64,000 nucleotides of DNA from NCBI GenBank assembly GCA_965224085.1, contig CBDCYI010000005.1, positions 1,344,001 to 1,408,000 of the forward strand. The letters are read 5' to 3'. Source of the DNA: Candidatus Marinacidobacterales bacterium (GTDB lineage: Bacteria > Acidobacteriota > Vicinamibacteria > Marinacidobacterales > SMYC01). The translations under genes were made by a program, and so were the position numbers. Below the pieces are notes generated by a model. It ran no database searches and was not told the DNA's origin. It saw only the letters and a program-made list of their open reading frames with translations. The first letter of the stretch is position 1, and each line of letters begins with the position of its first letter. This document shows positions 34,254 through 45,497 of the stretch, piece by piece.

Positions 34254-34954
34254 TTGTCCGTTCGGCAATGGTTTGCTGATGCGCTTTTCTACAAATCGGA
34301 CAAGAGTTTGTCCTTTTTGCTCGTCTTTCTGCTACTTCTCGTCTTCGTTATCTATCCTTTCTTTCCACCCCGCGGATTTGGCAAGGTCGTGATCGATGTT
34401 TTCACGTCGCTCGTTTTGATCTCGAGCACGCTCGCCATCGAGCGGCGATCGTGGAGGTGGGGGCCTTCGGGCTTGCCGGCTTGACCCTCGGAACGCGCTG
34501 GGCCGCCTACGCGCGCCCGACATACGAACTCTTCGTGGCCACGATGCTTTTCAGCACGGTGTTCATCACCTTCGCTTGTATCGCCATTCTCTCTCGCGTC
34601 TTCGCCGCGGGTCCAGTAACGCGGCACCGCATCGAGGGGGCGGTTGCGGTCTATCTCCTCACAGGGTTGGCGTTCGGCTCGCTTTTCGCTCTCGTAGCAC
34701 TCGTGGAGCCGGGCTCATTCGATTTGACGGATCTCAAATTAGAAGGCGACGTGCGCACGGTCTTCGATCAGCTCGACGGGCGATTCAGCTATTTCAGCTT
34801 CATCACTTTGACCACAGTAGGTTACGGGGACGTTACCCCGGCCTCTGCCATGGCGAAACAAATCGCGGTGCTCGAAGGGCTCATCGTCCAGCTTTATCCG
34901 GCGATCTTGTTGGCTCGCTTGGTTGCGATGGAGCTCACGAGTCGGGGCAAGTGA
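34254..34954 (+). pseudogene. Potassium channel family protein (Ion_trans_2) with a frameshift at G5 (34459-34463)
   Basis: SD aggaggt then TTG; TLTTVGYGD filter; a G6 tract would join SWRWG to AFGLAG. Confidence 0.8.
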
Positions 34955-35142
34955 TAGGAATCAAGAAAAGGCATTCATGTAAAATGGGTTTTGTGACATT
35001 CTACTTTTAGCCTTCATCCCTGATCTAGCTCACCTATTTGCACGAAGGTTCCGATGACCCCACAACACGTTCTCGGCTGTCTTGCCCATGCCCGCGTTGG
35101 CGACTCGGTACTAGACGGCCCGCACAGATCGCGGGGAAACTC

Positions 35143-36309
35143 GTGACCCGGCTGGGTCGGACGCTCGAGCTCGTTGTTATCGAGGTGATGCTTCTGCGCG
35201 TCGTTGGCACTCTGGCCGCCGAGCCCCTTACTGCCCAAGCGACGCGGGCTAAAAGTGACGAGCAGCAACCGTCCAAGTTCGACACGACCTGGAAGTTCGC
35301 CGATTGGTATGAGAACGACGACAACTCCGTGATCCAGCGCCTGCAGTTCAGCGGACGCTTCCAGCTCGACTACGCGCTCGTGGATGCGGACCAGGGAGAA
35401 CACACGGAATGGAATATCCGCCGCTTGCGACTCGGCGTCAAGGCGAAGGTGTTCAAGAACTTTACGCTGCACGGCGAGGTCGAGCTGAATCCGCAGGAGG
35501 CGGACCCGGTTTTTACCCGGATTACAGATCTGTACTTGCAATGGAACCGCAGTGAGCGGTTCGAAGCGACCGTCGGCAAACACGGTGCGCCCTTCACGAT
35601 GGACGGCTCAACCTCGTCGAAAGAGCTTCTGGCCATCGATCGGAGCAACCTGACCGCCAATATGTGGTTCACCCAGGAATACGTTCCCGGGCTGAGCGTC
35701 TCCGGAGAATCCGATCGCTTCAGCTACCAGACTGGCGTTTACTCGACGGGTGGAAAGAACCGAGGGTTTGGCGAGTTCAACGGCAGCTTTTTCGGCCTCG
35801 TGGTGGTTGGCTACGACTTTGCGAAGCGCCTCGGTGTGAAGGAGGCCGTACTTGCGGCAAACTACGTTTACCAAGACCCCGACGAAGACAACTCGTTCAC
35901 CCGGAACCTCGATAACATCCTGTCCGTCAACTTCAAGCTCGACGCCGGCAAATGGGGTATCCGTACCGATCTCGCGGCGGCTACCGGCTTCGGCGATCAA
36001 AGCGATCTTTGGGGCATGATGGTCATGCCCTTCTACAACATCATAGACGACCTGCAACTCGTTGGCCGCTACACCTTCGTCGCGAGCAACAACGTCAACG
36101 GAGTGCGGCTCAACAGGTATGAACGCCAGCTCGTTTCGGACAACGGTGATCGATATAACGAGATCTACTTTGGTCTGAACTATTACTTTTACGGGCACAA
36201 GCTCAAGCTGCAAAGCGGCATTCAGTTTGCCGACATGAGGGATCGCGCCAATGACGGCGGCGCCTACTCGGGAGTGGCTTGGACGACCGCGTTTCGAATG
36301 AGCTGGTAA
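35143..36309 (+). CDS. Phosphate-selective porin O/P-like outer membrane protein (start uncertain)
   Basis: GRFQLDY, IRRLRLG, TSSKELLAIDRS, GLNYY..HKLK and terminal Trp. Confidence 0.85.
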   Translation: MTRLGRTLELVVIEVMLLRVVGTLAAEPLTAQATRAKSDEQQPSKFDTTWKFADWYENDDNSVIQRLQFSGRFQLDYALVDADQGEHTEWNIRRLRLGVKAKVFKNFTLHGEVELNPQEADPVFTRITDLYLQWNRSERFEATVGKHGAPFTMDGSTSSKELLAIDRSNLTANMWFTQEYVPGLSVSGESDRFSYQTGVYSTGGKNRGFGEFNGSFFGLVVVGYDFAKRLGVKEAVLAANYVYQDPDEDNSFTRNLDNILSVNFKLDAGKWGIRTDLAAATGFGDQSDLWGMMVMPFYNIIDDLQLVGRYTFVASNNVNGVRLNRYERQLVSDNGDRYNEIYFGLNYYFYGHKLKLQSGIQFADMRDRANDGGAYSGVAWTTAFRMSW

Positions 36310-36361
36310 TCCACTTCCGTTCTGTCCCGCCGCCTGAGGCGTTGGACCCCTCTAGGGAGTA

Positions 36362-37217
36362 CTAAGCGAGATCACCCGAGCCACGAGATGAACCTCCGCG
36401 GCCGCCTGTCCAAAAAGGCCCGTGTCGGGTCGCCGAGCCCGCAGTCGAATCTGCTTCGAGAAATAAACGTCTGCGACGAAGTCTCGCTCGAGACGACTTT
36501 CGAGATCTTTGCGCCCCTGCTTCGTAAAGCCTCTCCGATGACGGCAGCTCGACAACGAACGAAGACCCCTTCCCGAGCTCGCTCTCGACGGTGACACGGC
36601 CGCCGTGGAATTCCACGACGCACTTGACGATGGCCAGACCCAAACCGGCGCCCCCGGTGCGGCGCGATCGTGAGCGATCGGCGCGGTAGAAGCGTTCAAA
36701 GATCCGAGGGATATCGGACGCCGAGATGCCTCGACCGTCATCCGCCACGATGAGCCGCAAGATGTCCTCACTTCGGCCGAGCTCGACCGACACCGAGCCT
36801 CCGCGCTCTGTGTGTTCGAGAGCGTTGTCGAGCAGGTTCGACACCAGGCGGCGGAGTTGAGAGCGGTCCCCCGTAATGACGGAGGGCTCGACCTTCGTCA
36901 CATTCAGATCGACACCTTTCGACTCTGCTATCGCACGGAACTGTTCGACACTCTCCAGAACGAGGTCCGCGACATCAACCGAGGCTCGCTCCACGGCGGG
37001 AGACTCGAGCCGGGACAGTGTCAGAAGGTCTTCCACCATCAGAGCCAGGCGATCGATCTCTTCGAGCTGGCTTTTTATGAGTGACGCCGCCTCTGGATCG
37101 AACCCCCCCGAGGCGAGTGCCGACTGGGCTTGCACGTTGAGGACCGAGAGAGGGGTGCGGAGCTCGTGAGACGCGTCGGCGGTGAATTGACGGAGGCGAA
37201 GGACCGCAGCCTCGAGG
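36362..37217 (-). pseudogene. 5'-truncated sensor histidine kinase (HisKA plus HATPase only)
   Basis: RQFTADASHELRTPL, NLLDNA, DDGRGI, FERFYRAD and GAGLGL; no sensor, membrane or HAMP region and no credible start. Confidence 0.85.
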
Positions 37218-37333
37218 CACCGGAGACGCCATCGTCGTTCGCATCCGGCGCGGGTGGCCCGTGCCGTCATCGGGTCGGACGGGTATATAATCAGCCACTT
37301 TCGCTCTCGTCTCACGCACCCTGGAGGGGCAAC

Positions 37334-38776
37334 ATGCCGCAAATACCTCTTCTTCTCCTCCCACTCTTCCTCGCTCCGGCGCTTCTCGCGGGCCAAGACG
37401 GGCCCACTGATCCAGTCCTAGAACAATCGTCCGCGCGCAATGCGAGCTACACGATCGAGGTCACTCTCGACCCGAAAACGAAGACGATCCAGGGAAAAGA
37501 AACGATCACGTGGACCAACATCCAGCCGATCGCGACCGACGAGCTCCGGCTACATCTTTATTGGAACGCGTGGCGCAACAACCGGAGCACGTGGCTTCTA
37601 GAGTCCCGGCTTCGCGCACGCGGGAGGAACCGGCAAGACCCACAAGAAGGGGATTTCAGCTATTCCGACGTAACGTCCATCAAATTGATTCCGGATGTCG
37701 GCGTTCCGAGCATCGACGTCACGGGTGTGGCGCATTACGACGCACCCGATGACGGGAATCTCGCAGATCGGACCTTGATGGTCGTGCCCCTGCCTGAGCC
37801 TGTCGAGCCTCTAGGCACAGCGCAAGTCGAGCTCGAGTGGAGTGCTGCTATTCCGCGAACCTTTGCCCGTACGGGTTTCCGCGGCGATTTCTTTTTCCTG
37901 GCGCAGTGGTTCCCGAAGCTCGCGGTGCTCGAAGAAGGCGGGTGGAACGCCCATCAGTTTCACGCGGGCACCGAGTTCTACTCGGATTACGGCGAGTACG
38001 ACGTTCGCATCACGGTGCCGAGCGACTACGTCGTCGGGGCGACGGGCCGCGAAGCGGACAAGAGCGTGCACGACGATGGGACGACGACCCATCGTTACCG
38101 TCAAGCCGACGTGCACGATTTCGCGTGGACGACGAGCCCGGACTATCTCGTTCTCGAAAAACAGTTCAACGAGCCGCCGCTCCCTCCTGTGGACATGCGC
38201 CTCTTGCTCCAGCCCGAGCACGAGGAGCAGGCCGAGCGGCACTTCCACGCCACCGCGGCCGCCCTCCGAAACTACGGCACATGGTACGGCGCCTATCCCT
38301 ACGGCCATGTGACGATCGTCGATCCCGCTTACGGGAGCGGTGCGGGGGGAATGGAGTATCCGACTTTCTTTACCGCCGGGACGAGGCTCTTCAATCCTTT
38401 TGGCGGCGGCTCCCCCGAAGGGGTCACGGTGCACGAATGCGGGCATCAGTTCTGGTACGGCCTCGTCGGGAATAACGAGTTCGAGCACGCTTGGCTCGAC
38501 GAAGGCTTCAACACGTTCTCGACCGCCCGCACGATGGATGTCACCTACGGGAATCGCACGCTCGTTAGGCGCTACTTGAATCCACGGGGCACGCGCCGCA
38601 TGGGCGGGTTTCTTCCGGTCTTTTTCGAGGGCGTCGAGAGCGACCGTATGGTCGGCGGCAACCGCCTCGATGGCTATCGGAGTGCGGCGACCTCCGACGC
38701 GCAGTCGACCCCGACTTCCCGAGTGACGCCGAGGCCAGAGCCTAGTGGAGGCACATTCTCCCGGAAAGTCTCGTAG
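37334..38776 (+). pseudogene. M1 family aminopeptidase, 3'-truncated near 38720
   Basis: Signal peptide, GGMEYP and HECGHQFW...WLDEG; ends before the YxK catalytic-Tyr region. Confidence 0.8.
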
Positions 38777-39008
38777 GCCTCGTCAGGAGTAATCTTGCCC
38801 GATAGCAGATCGATTCCCAGACGTGCCGCCTGGTTACCGATATCAGCGTTCGATTGTACTCCCGGAAGCAAGCCTGTGCGACAGTCCGGCGTTTTGACTC
38901 CGTGAGGCGTTTGCCCGCTTCGCCTCGCCGTTTGACATCCAGCGAGTCGAGGAGGAGTATGGGCGCGTTGTGTTCCGGTGACTTGCCGGCGACACATGGA
39001 GGTCTACC

Positions 39009-40688
39009 ATGTCTTGGTCGCTCCGATGGCAAACGTTTCTCTGTCTGGCCGCAGTGCTCACTCTCGCTGCTGGCTGCGGCCCCGGCGGCGCTCCGAGCGA
39101 AGAGGCGGCGGGTACTACCGCCACGAGTACCAGTTACGATGATCTCGTCGCGCTGTTCGAGGAGTGGAGAGAGTTCGAGAAGCCCGAGTTTGTCGATGGC
39201 GTTCCGGACTACACCGCGGAGGCGATGGCAACCCAGCACCGCGAGTTGGCCGGGTACCAGCAACGGCTCGTCGCGATCGACCCGAGCGGCTGGCCGGTGT
39301 CGCAGCAAGTGGACCACCATCTGGTACGAGCCGAGATGAACGGCCTCGATTTCGATCACCGCGTGCGGAAACCCTGGGTGCAGAATCCGGCTTTCTATAC
39401 GCAGATCTTTTCGGCTCAGAGCGACGTCCCGGCTCACGAGGGTCCGGTCATCCACGGATGGATCGACTTGTGGACCTACGAGTATCCGCTTTCCGAGGCG
39501 GATGCTGCGGAGCTCGCAGCACGGATCGTGACCGTCGCGCCGCTTCTCGAGCAGGCCCGAACCAATCTGGTCGGAAACGCCCGGGATCTCTGGGTGATGG
39601 GGATCCGCTCCATGGAACGACAGAGCGCCGATCTGAAGGATCTTGCCAGTCAGGTGGCCGGCCAGAGCGACGAGCTCGAGGAGGGCATCGTGGCGGCTCG
39701 CGAGGCCACCGACCAGTTCCGTGAATGGCTCGAAAGCGAGGCAGATTCCAAGACCGGTTCTTCGGGCGTCGGGACGGACAATTACACCTGGTACCTGCAA
39801 AACGTCCACCTCGTTCCCTACACCTGGGAACAACAAGAGACGCTGATGCTCCGGGAGCTCGCCCGCTCCCACGCGTCGCTGCGGCTCGAAGAGAACCGCA
39901 ACCGCAAGCTGCCGGAGCAGACCCGCATCGCGAGCGAGGAGGAGTACGACCGCCGCTTCAACGATGCGGTGACCGAATACATGAAGTTTCTCGAGGAAGA
40001 GGAAGTCATTACGGTCCGTGACTACGAAGAGGCAGCGCTCCGAGCCCGAATCGGGCGTTTCAGCTCCGCCGACGGACTGCGAGGGTTCTTCTCCGAGGTC
40101 AGCTATCGTGACCCGCTGACGATGCGGACCCACGGCCACCACTGGTTCGACCTCGCCCGTATGGACCTAGAGCCGCACCCGAGCCCGATCCGGCGGGTGC
40201 CGTCGCTCAGCAACATCTACGACGCACGCTCCGAGGGGATTGCCACCGCGATGGAAGAGATGATGATGCACGCCGGGCTTTTCGACGATCGCCCCCGCTC
40301 GCGTGAGCTCATCTGGATTCTTCTCGCTCAGCGTGCCGCCCGCGCTCTGGGTGGCCTGCGCATGCACAGCAACGAGTACACCATCGACGAAGCGGCGCAG
40401 TTTGCCGCGAAATGGACCCCGCGGGGGTGGATGCCCGAGGACAGCGACACCGTTTATGGCGAGCAGCATCTCTACCTGCAACAGCCCGGCTACGGGACGA
40501 GCTACCTCATCGGCAAGATCCAGATCGATATGCTGATGGCCGAACGGGCCCTCCAGCTCGGCGACGATTTCACTCTCAAGCGCTTCATGGACGAGTTCCA
40601 TGCGACAGGGGTAATTCCCGTGTCGCTCGTTCGCTGGGAGCTGGCCGGCTACGACGATCAGATCACCCGAATGACGGCGGCGCGATAG
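39009..40688 (+). CDS. DUF885-like lipoprotein
   Basis: Lipobox AAGC; HGHH..SEG; QPGYGTSYLIGKIQI and FTLKRFMDEF..G.IP. Confidence 0.8.
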   Translation: MSWSLRWQTFLCLAAVLTLAAGCGPGGAPSEEAAGTTATSTSYDDLVALFEEWREFEKPEFVDGVPDYTAEAMATQHRELAGYQQRLVAIDPSGWPVSQQVDHHLVRAEMNGLDFDHRVRKPWVQNPAFYTQIFSAQSDVPAHEGPVIHGWIDLWTYEYPLSEADAAELAARIVTVAPLLEQARTNLVGNARDLWVMGIRSMERQSADLKDLASQVAGQSDELEEGIVAAREATDQFREWLESEADSKTGSSGVGTDNYTWYLQNVHLVPYTWEQQETLMLRELARSHASLRLEENRNRKLPEQTRIASEEEYDRRFNDAVTEYMKFLEEEEVITVRDYEEAALRARIGRFSSADGLRGFFSEVSYRDPLTMRTHGHHWFDLARMDLEPHPSPIRRVPSLSNIYDARSEGIATAMEEMMMHAGLFDDRPRSRELIWILLAQRAARALGGLRMHSNEYTIDEAAQFAAKWTPRGWMPEDSDTVYGEQHLYLQQPGYGTSYLIGKIQIDMLMAERALQLGDDFTLKRFMDEFHATGVIPVSLVRWELAGYDDQITRMTAAR

Positions 40689-40731
40689 GGCGCCCATTGC
40701 AGCCAGCCGTCACGTGCGCGTCGAGCGGATC

Positions 40732-40932
40732 TCATTGCGCCGCTCCCGGCTTCATTGCATCCTCGTTGTTTTTGCTTTCGAAAACTTCCCTGGAAAGCAA
40801 ACGGACGGCCCAGAGGCCGCTGTAGAGATCGGTGAAAAAGATGGGGGCCTTTGTGCGGTTGGGGTCCCCATGCAAAGAGCGCGTTCGGTATGAACCCCTT
40901 GGAATCGTCGGAGTAGAACTTGGCAATCTCAC
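40732..40932 (-). pseudogene. Frameshifted C-terminal remnant of an LVIVD-repeat-like beta-propeller gene
   Basis: Manual translation EIAKFYSDDSKGFIPNALFAWGPQPHKG, then shifted IFFTDLYSGLWAVRL. Confidence 0.6.
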
Positions 40933-41046
40933 GCGCCGGAGAGCGTCAAAATTTTTTTCGGGTTAGGGCTAGCACGAGGCGGGGTTGCCGCCTTCAACGC
41001 TGCGATGATAGTAGGAGAAGATAGAATAGGTCGACGAGAGGGGACC

Positions 41047-42783
41047 ATGGTAGTGAGCTCCGAGCATTGGCAGAGACGGATCCATCGGGTGGTGCTGGCC
41101 GCGGCAACCGTTTGGGTCTTCGGTTGTGGCGGGGCGGAACGTCCGGAGACGCGCTTCGAGATCGCTTTTCCAGAGTCGGTGAGTGAAAAGCCGGTCACCG
41201 GACGCCTGTTTCTGACGGTGAGCCCAGACGAGGATCCGGAGCCCCGCATCGCCGCCTACAACTCGGCGCGAAGGCGGGAGGCGCGGATGCCCTTTTTCGC
41301 CGTGGACGTGGAGCAGCTCGAGCCGGGTGAGCCGGCCATCCTCGATAACTCCGCCGTTGGCTACCCTCTGTCCAGTCTCAACGAGTTCGCGGCGGGCGAC
41401 TACTACGTGCAGGCGGTGCTGAACGTCTATACCGAGTTCCACCGCTCCGACGGGCACGTCATCTGGGCCCACATCGATCAATGGGAGGGTCAGCGTTGGG
41501 CCTTCTCTCCAGGAAACTTGATCAGCAAGCCGCAGCAGGTTCATCTCGATCCGGAAGCCGGCCGGACGTTCGAGCTCAGCTTGACGGACGTCATTCCTCC
41601 CATCGAGAGGCCGGAGGACACCGAGTGGGTCAAACGTTTCGAGATCCAGAGCAAGCTGCTCACGGAGTTTTGGGGTCATCCGATCGACCTCGGGGCTACC
41701 GTTTTGCTTCCCAAGGGCTACGAGGAGAATCCGGAAATCCGCTACCCGGTGGTCTATCAACAGAACCATTTCAGCCTTGACGCCCCATTCGGTTTCACCA
41801 CCGAGCCGCCGGACGAAGGTGCCAGGGATCTATTCCGGGATATGCGCGAGCGGGCGGGGGGTCAGAGGGAGTCCGGCTACGAGTTCTACCAGTCGTGGAG
41901 CTCGGACGGTTTTCCGCGGACGATCGCCGTGACCTTCCAGCACCCGACGCCGTACTTCGACGACTCCTACGCGGTGAACTCGGCCAACAACGGACCGTAC
42001 GGGGACGCCATCCTCACCGAGCTGATTCCCGAAGTGGAGAGCCGATTCCGTATCATCACCGAGCCCTACGCTCGTGTGCTGACCGGCGGCTCGACCGGAG
42101 GCTGGGAGTCGCTTGCACTACAGGTCTACCATCCGGATTTTTTCGGAGGGACCTGGACGTTCTATCCGGACCCGGTCGACTTCCGCCAATACCAGCTCAT
42201 CAACATCTACGAGGATGACAACGCGTTCGTCGTACCCGGAGCGCCCCGCGGAGCGCCGGAGCGTATGTTCCAGCGCAGGCCGGACGGCCAGCCGGTCGCC
42301 ACCGTGCGGCAGGTGAGCCAGATGGAGCATGCCTCCGGCACCCGGGGGAGATCGGGAGCGCAGGTCGACATCTGGAGTGCCACCTACGGCCCCGTGGGCG
42401 AGGACGGCTATCCGCGGCAGCTATGGGATTTGCAAACGGGCGTGATCGACCGGGAGGTGGCGTACTACATGCGGGACAACGGGTACGACCTCAGGCACTA
42501 CCTCGAGACCCGATGGCCGGAGATTGGACCCAAGCTTGTTGGCAAGATCCGCATCTACAATCCCGAGATGGACGACTTCTATCTTCCCAACGCGGTCTAT
42601 CTACTCGAGGAGTTCCTGGAAAGCAGCACCGACCCTTACTATGGCGGCGAGGTCGTTCACGGGCGGCCGATGAAGGGTCACGGCTGGCAACCGATGACCA
42701 CCGCGGAGCTGATTCGGATGATGGCCGAGCACATCGCCGCGAATGCTCCGGCGGGGGCCGACGCCTCGTGGCGACGCAGGTGA
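41047..42783 (+). CDS. Putative esterase, alpha/beta-hydrolase lipoprotein
   Basis: VFGC lipobox-like site, NSANNGPYGDA and nucleophile motif GGSTGG. Confidence 0.85.
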   Translation: MVVSSEHWQRRIHRVVLAAATVWVFGCGGAERPETRFEIAFPESVSEKPVTGRLFLTVSPDEDPEPRIAAYNSARRREARMPFFAVDVEQLEPGEPAILDNSAVGYPLSSLNEFAAGDYYVQAVLNVYTEFHRSDGHVIWAHIDQWEGQRWAFSPGNLISKPQQVHLDPEAGRTFELSLTDVIPPIERPEDTEWVKRFEIQSKLLTEFWGHPIDLGATVLLPKGYEENPEIRYPVVYQQNHFSLDAPFGFTTEPPDEGARDLFRDMRERAGGQRESGYEFYQSWSSDGFPRTIAVTFQHPTPYFDDSYAVNSANNGPYGDAILTELIPEVESRFRIITEPYARVLTGGSTGGWESLALQVYHPDFFGGTWTFYPDPVDFRQYQLINIYEDDNAFVVPGAPRGAPERMFQRRPDGQPVATVRQVSQMEHASGTRGRSGAQVDIWSATYGPVGEDGYPRQLWDLQTGVIDREVAYYMRDNGYDLRHYLETRWPEIGPKLVGKIRIYNPEMDDFYLPNAVYLLEEFLESSTDPYYGGEVVHGRPMKGHGWQPMTTAELIRMMAEHIAANAPAGADASWRRR

Positions 42784-42981
42784 GCGATGACCCGGATTTG
42801 AATCGAAACGGAGTCGGTTGAACGTGGACGCCGAGCTTCACTCGTTGGTCATCGAGGACAGGAAAGTCCAACGCCGTCCGTCGGCACTCATGTCGCGGCC
42901 TCCTGCATCGCGGATGGAGACGGAATCCTAACACGGTACCCAAGTTGTTCCCGCTCGTGCCCCGACGATAGTTAGAACATC

Positions 42982-43932
42982 TTGACCTTGCTGCTCGTGC
43001 CCGACGCCTTGGTGCGCCGATCCATCACCGTGGAGGAGTGTAACGAAGCGGTGGAATCGGGCTTTCGGCTTGCCGCGCGAGGCGATGTCGGCGACGCCTA
43101 CGGAGGGATGAGCTACAAAGGGGACACCTCCAGTATCAAACTCTACGCATCTCATGTCCCTCGAGCAGGCGTTGGGGCCAAGATTCTGGGGCTTTATGCC
43201 GACAACCCCGCGAAAGGGAAGCCCTACATCCGAGCGGTAGTTACTCTTCTGGATCCGGACACGGGTGAGCTCGAAGCCCTGGTCGACGCGACCTACCTGA
43301 CAGCACTGCGGACCGGGGCGGCCACCGCGCTCGCCGCGCGTGAGCTTGGCCGCCGAGACAGTCGAGTGTTGGGAATCCTGGGAACCGGTCTTCACGCCCG
43401 CACGCATCTGCTGTGTCACCTCGCTGCTCATGCCTTTCGGCGAGTCGTCATCTGGGGCCGCCACCCGCGACGGGTCGAGGAATACCTGACAGAAATGCGA
43501 TCGACGGTGGACGTTTCGGTCGAATCGATGCCTGCGGCAGATGCCGTGTGCGCTGAGGCGGATGTGATTGCATGCACGACGAGCGCGCGAACGGCTTTGT
43601 TTCGGGCGGGGGCCGTTCGAGCCGGCACTCACATCGGAGTGGCCGCCCCGATGGGAAGCCGCTATTCGGAGATCCCGCTGGAGCTCCTGGGCAGGAGTCG
43701 CCTGTTCGTCGACACCCGAAAGAAGTTTCGAGAGCACTGGGAGCCCGGAGACCATCCTGCAGTCCAGGCGGAGCTCGGTGAGGTCCTGGTGGGTTCGGCC
43801 GAAGGACGCATCAAAGCTGAGGACGTAACGATTTTCAAGCCGGAAGGGATGGCGTTCGAAGATGTGGTCAGTGCCCGCATTGTCGTCGATCGCGTGCGAC
43901 GCGAGGGAAGTGGCCAGGCGGTCAACTGGTAA
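42982..43932 (+). CDS. Ornithine cyclodeaminase/mu-crystallin family NAD(P)-dependent enzyme
   Basis: LTALRTGA, GILGTGLHA, ADVIACTT, AELGEV and GMAFEDV. Confidence 0.9.
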   Translation: MTLLLVPDALVRRSITVEECNEAVESGFRLAARGDVGDAYGGMSYKGDTSSIKLYASHVPRAGVGAKILGLYADNPAKGKPYIRAVVTLLDPDTGELEALVDATYLTALRTGAATALAARELGRRDSRVLGILGTGLHARTHLLCHLAAHAFRRVVIWGRHPRRVEEYLTEMRSTVDVSVESMPAADAVCAEADVIACTTSARTALFRAGAVRAGTHIGVAAPMGSRYSEIPLELLGRSRLFVDTRKKFREHWEPGDHPAVQAELGEVLVGSAEGRIKAEDVTIFKPEGMAFEDVVSARIVVDRVRREGSGQAVNW

Positions 43933-44030
43933 GGTGCGGGACAGAGAATCCTTGCCATGACTTGCCGCGCGTCAACCGCAGATCTGGCCTAGCTTCGTTC
44001 CGGATTCCGGCCTGTGACCCCAATGAGTGA

Positions 44031-45497
44031 TCATTTCGGGACGGACGACAGCGCATCCAGATCCGCCGGCCAGCGCGGATGTCGTGCCTCGCGGATCCGC
44101 TCGATGGGGCCGATGACGACGGTGTCCATGGTCCGCGGGTCGAGATATTTCTTCGCCACCGCTTCCACCTGATCGGCACTCACGGCCTCGACATCCTTCG
44201 GCCAGGAAAGAAGGCGCCCGGTGTCCCCATCGTGGAGCGTCGCCAGAGCATAGGCGGCGGCCGCACGGCGGGCCCCGTCCAGGCTCTCCTGCCATTTCCC
44301 CAGCCGGAGAATACCCTTGGCGAGGGCGAGCTCCTCTTCGGTGACCGGTCGCTCATTACGATGAAGCGCGGCCATCTCTTCGCGGCAATATTTGATGAGA
44401 GGCGCCACCGCCTCCGGTCGCCCGCCGGTGCTGATGTGGAGCAGCCCGGCGCCATTCATCGTCTCGGGCAAGAAGAACGTTGCACGATTTGCGAGACCCC
44501 GTATCTCGCGGACAGAGATGTTCAGCCGCGTGCCGAGAACCTGTCCGAGTACGGCAAGCGGAGCTCGCTCGTCGGCAGGGACAGGACCGAGGCCACGTCC
44601 GATGGCGACCCAGCCTTCCAGCGTGTCGACATCGATGGTCTCCAGAGTTCCCGATCCATCTCTCGAAGCGAGCTCGCGGGGCTCCGCCGCGTCCGGGACG
44701 GGCTCGCCGAGCTCCCATCCGGACGTCAGCTCCTCCAGCAAGGTGACCGCCTCGTCGCGAGGTACATCCCCACCGATGCCGACTACGAAACGGTTCGGTG
44801 CGAGACTCCGCGACGCCAGCGCCCGGACCGCTTCGAGCCTGACCGCAATTCCGGGCTCGGGAGGAGAGAGCGGGTATCCTCCCAGTCGCCGCTCGAGCTC
44901 GACCTTCGGTTGGAAGCCTCGGCCGGTGACACCCGCCGTAGGAGAGGCAAACCCTGGTCCGGTCCGAAAGTCACCGAGCGTCGCTCGTTCCACGCGTCGG
45001 TTCCGCAGAAGGTCGATCATCACGCGGATCGCCTGCTCCCAATCCTCGGAAAGAACTTCCACGGAGAGCGTGAGGCCGTCGACGTCGAGCTCGGCGTCGA
45101 GTTGCGTGCCGAGGGATTCGAGCCGGAGCGACAAGGGCGGTGAGCCCTGCGAGTCGCTGGTCAGAACGCGCGTCAGCGCCTCCGAGCCGCCCGCCTCACC
45201 CTCTCTCTCGTAGAATCGCCCGATCGGAATGGCCGCCGTCACCCGGACTAGTGGGTCGGAGGCATCCGCTATCACGTAGGCCCGAAGACCGCTCGCGGCC
45301 TCCAACCGGGCCGTTTCCGGAGCGGGAGGTCGAAACGAGCTGGGCTCGAAGGTGAAATCCCGCGGATGTGGCCAGTCGTGCTCGAGGAGAGGGCGCGAGT
45401 GACCGGGAAGTATCGTTGCTTCCTGCTCGCAGCTGACCAGCACAAAGGTCGCGACGCAGCAAAGGCCTGCCGAAACGATGAACGTCTTCAGAGTCAT
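44031..45497 (-). CDS. M16 peptidase-like lipoprotein, inactive subunit
   Basis: LVSC lipobox, M16-like elements (DPLVRV, RL...VRE.RGL, VSADQV..VAKKYL) and no HxxEH. Confidence 0.8.
   Translation of the reverse strand: MTLKTFIVSAGLCCVATFVLVSCEQEATILPGHSRPLLEHDWPHPRDFTFEPSSFRPPAPETARLEAASGLRAYVIADASDPLVRVTAAIPIGRFYEREGEAGGSEALTRVLTSDSQGSPPLSLRLESLGTQLDAELDVDGLTLSVEVLSEDWEQAIRVMIDLLRNRRVERATLGDFRTGPGFASPTAGVTGRGFQPKVELERRLGGYPLSPPEPGIAVRLEAVRALASRSLAPNRFVVGIGGDVPRDEAVTLLEELTSGWELGEPVPDAAEPRELASRDGSGTLETIDVDTLEGWVAIGRGLGPVPADERAPLAVLGQVLGTRLNISVREIRGLANRATFFLPETMNGAGLLHISTGGRPEAVAPLIKYCREEMAALHRNERPVTEEELALAKGILRLGKWQESLDGARRAAAAYALATLHDGDTGRLLSWPKDVEAVSADQVEAVAKKYLDPRTMDTVVIGPIERIREARHPRWPADLDALSSVPK

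Noticed and set aside
42790-42930. Possible gene remnant (DMSADGRR-like) after the esterase
   Set aside because: Too short and ambiguous to assign
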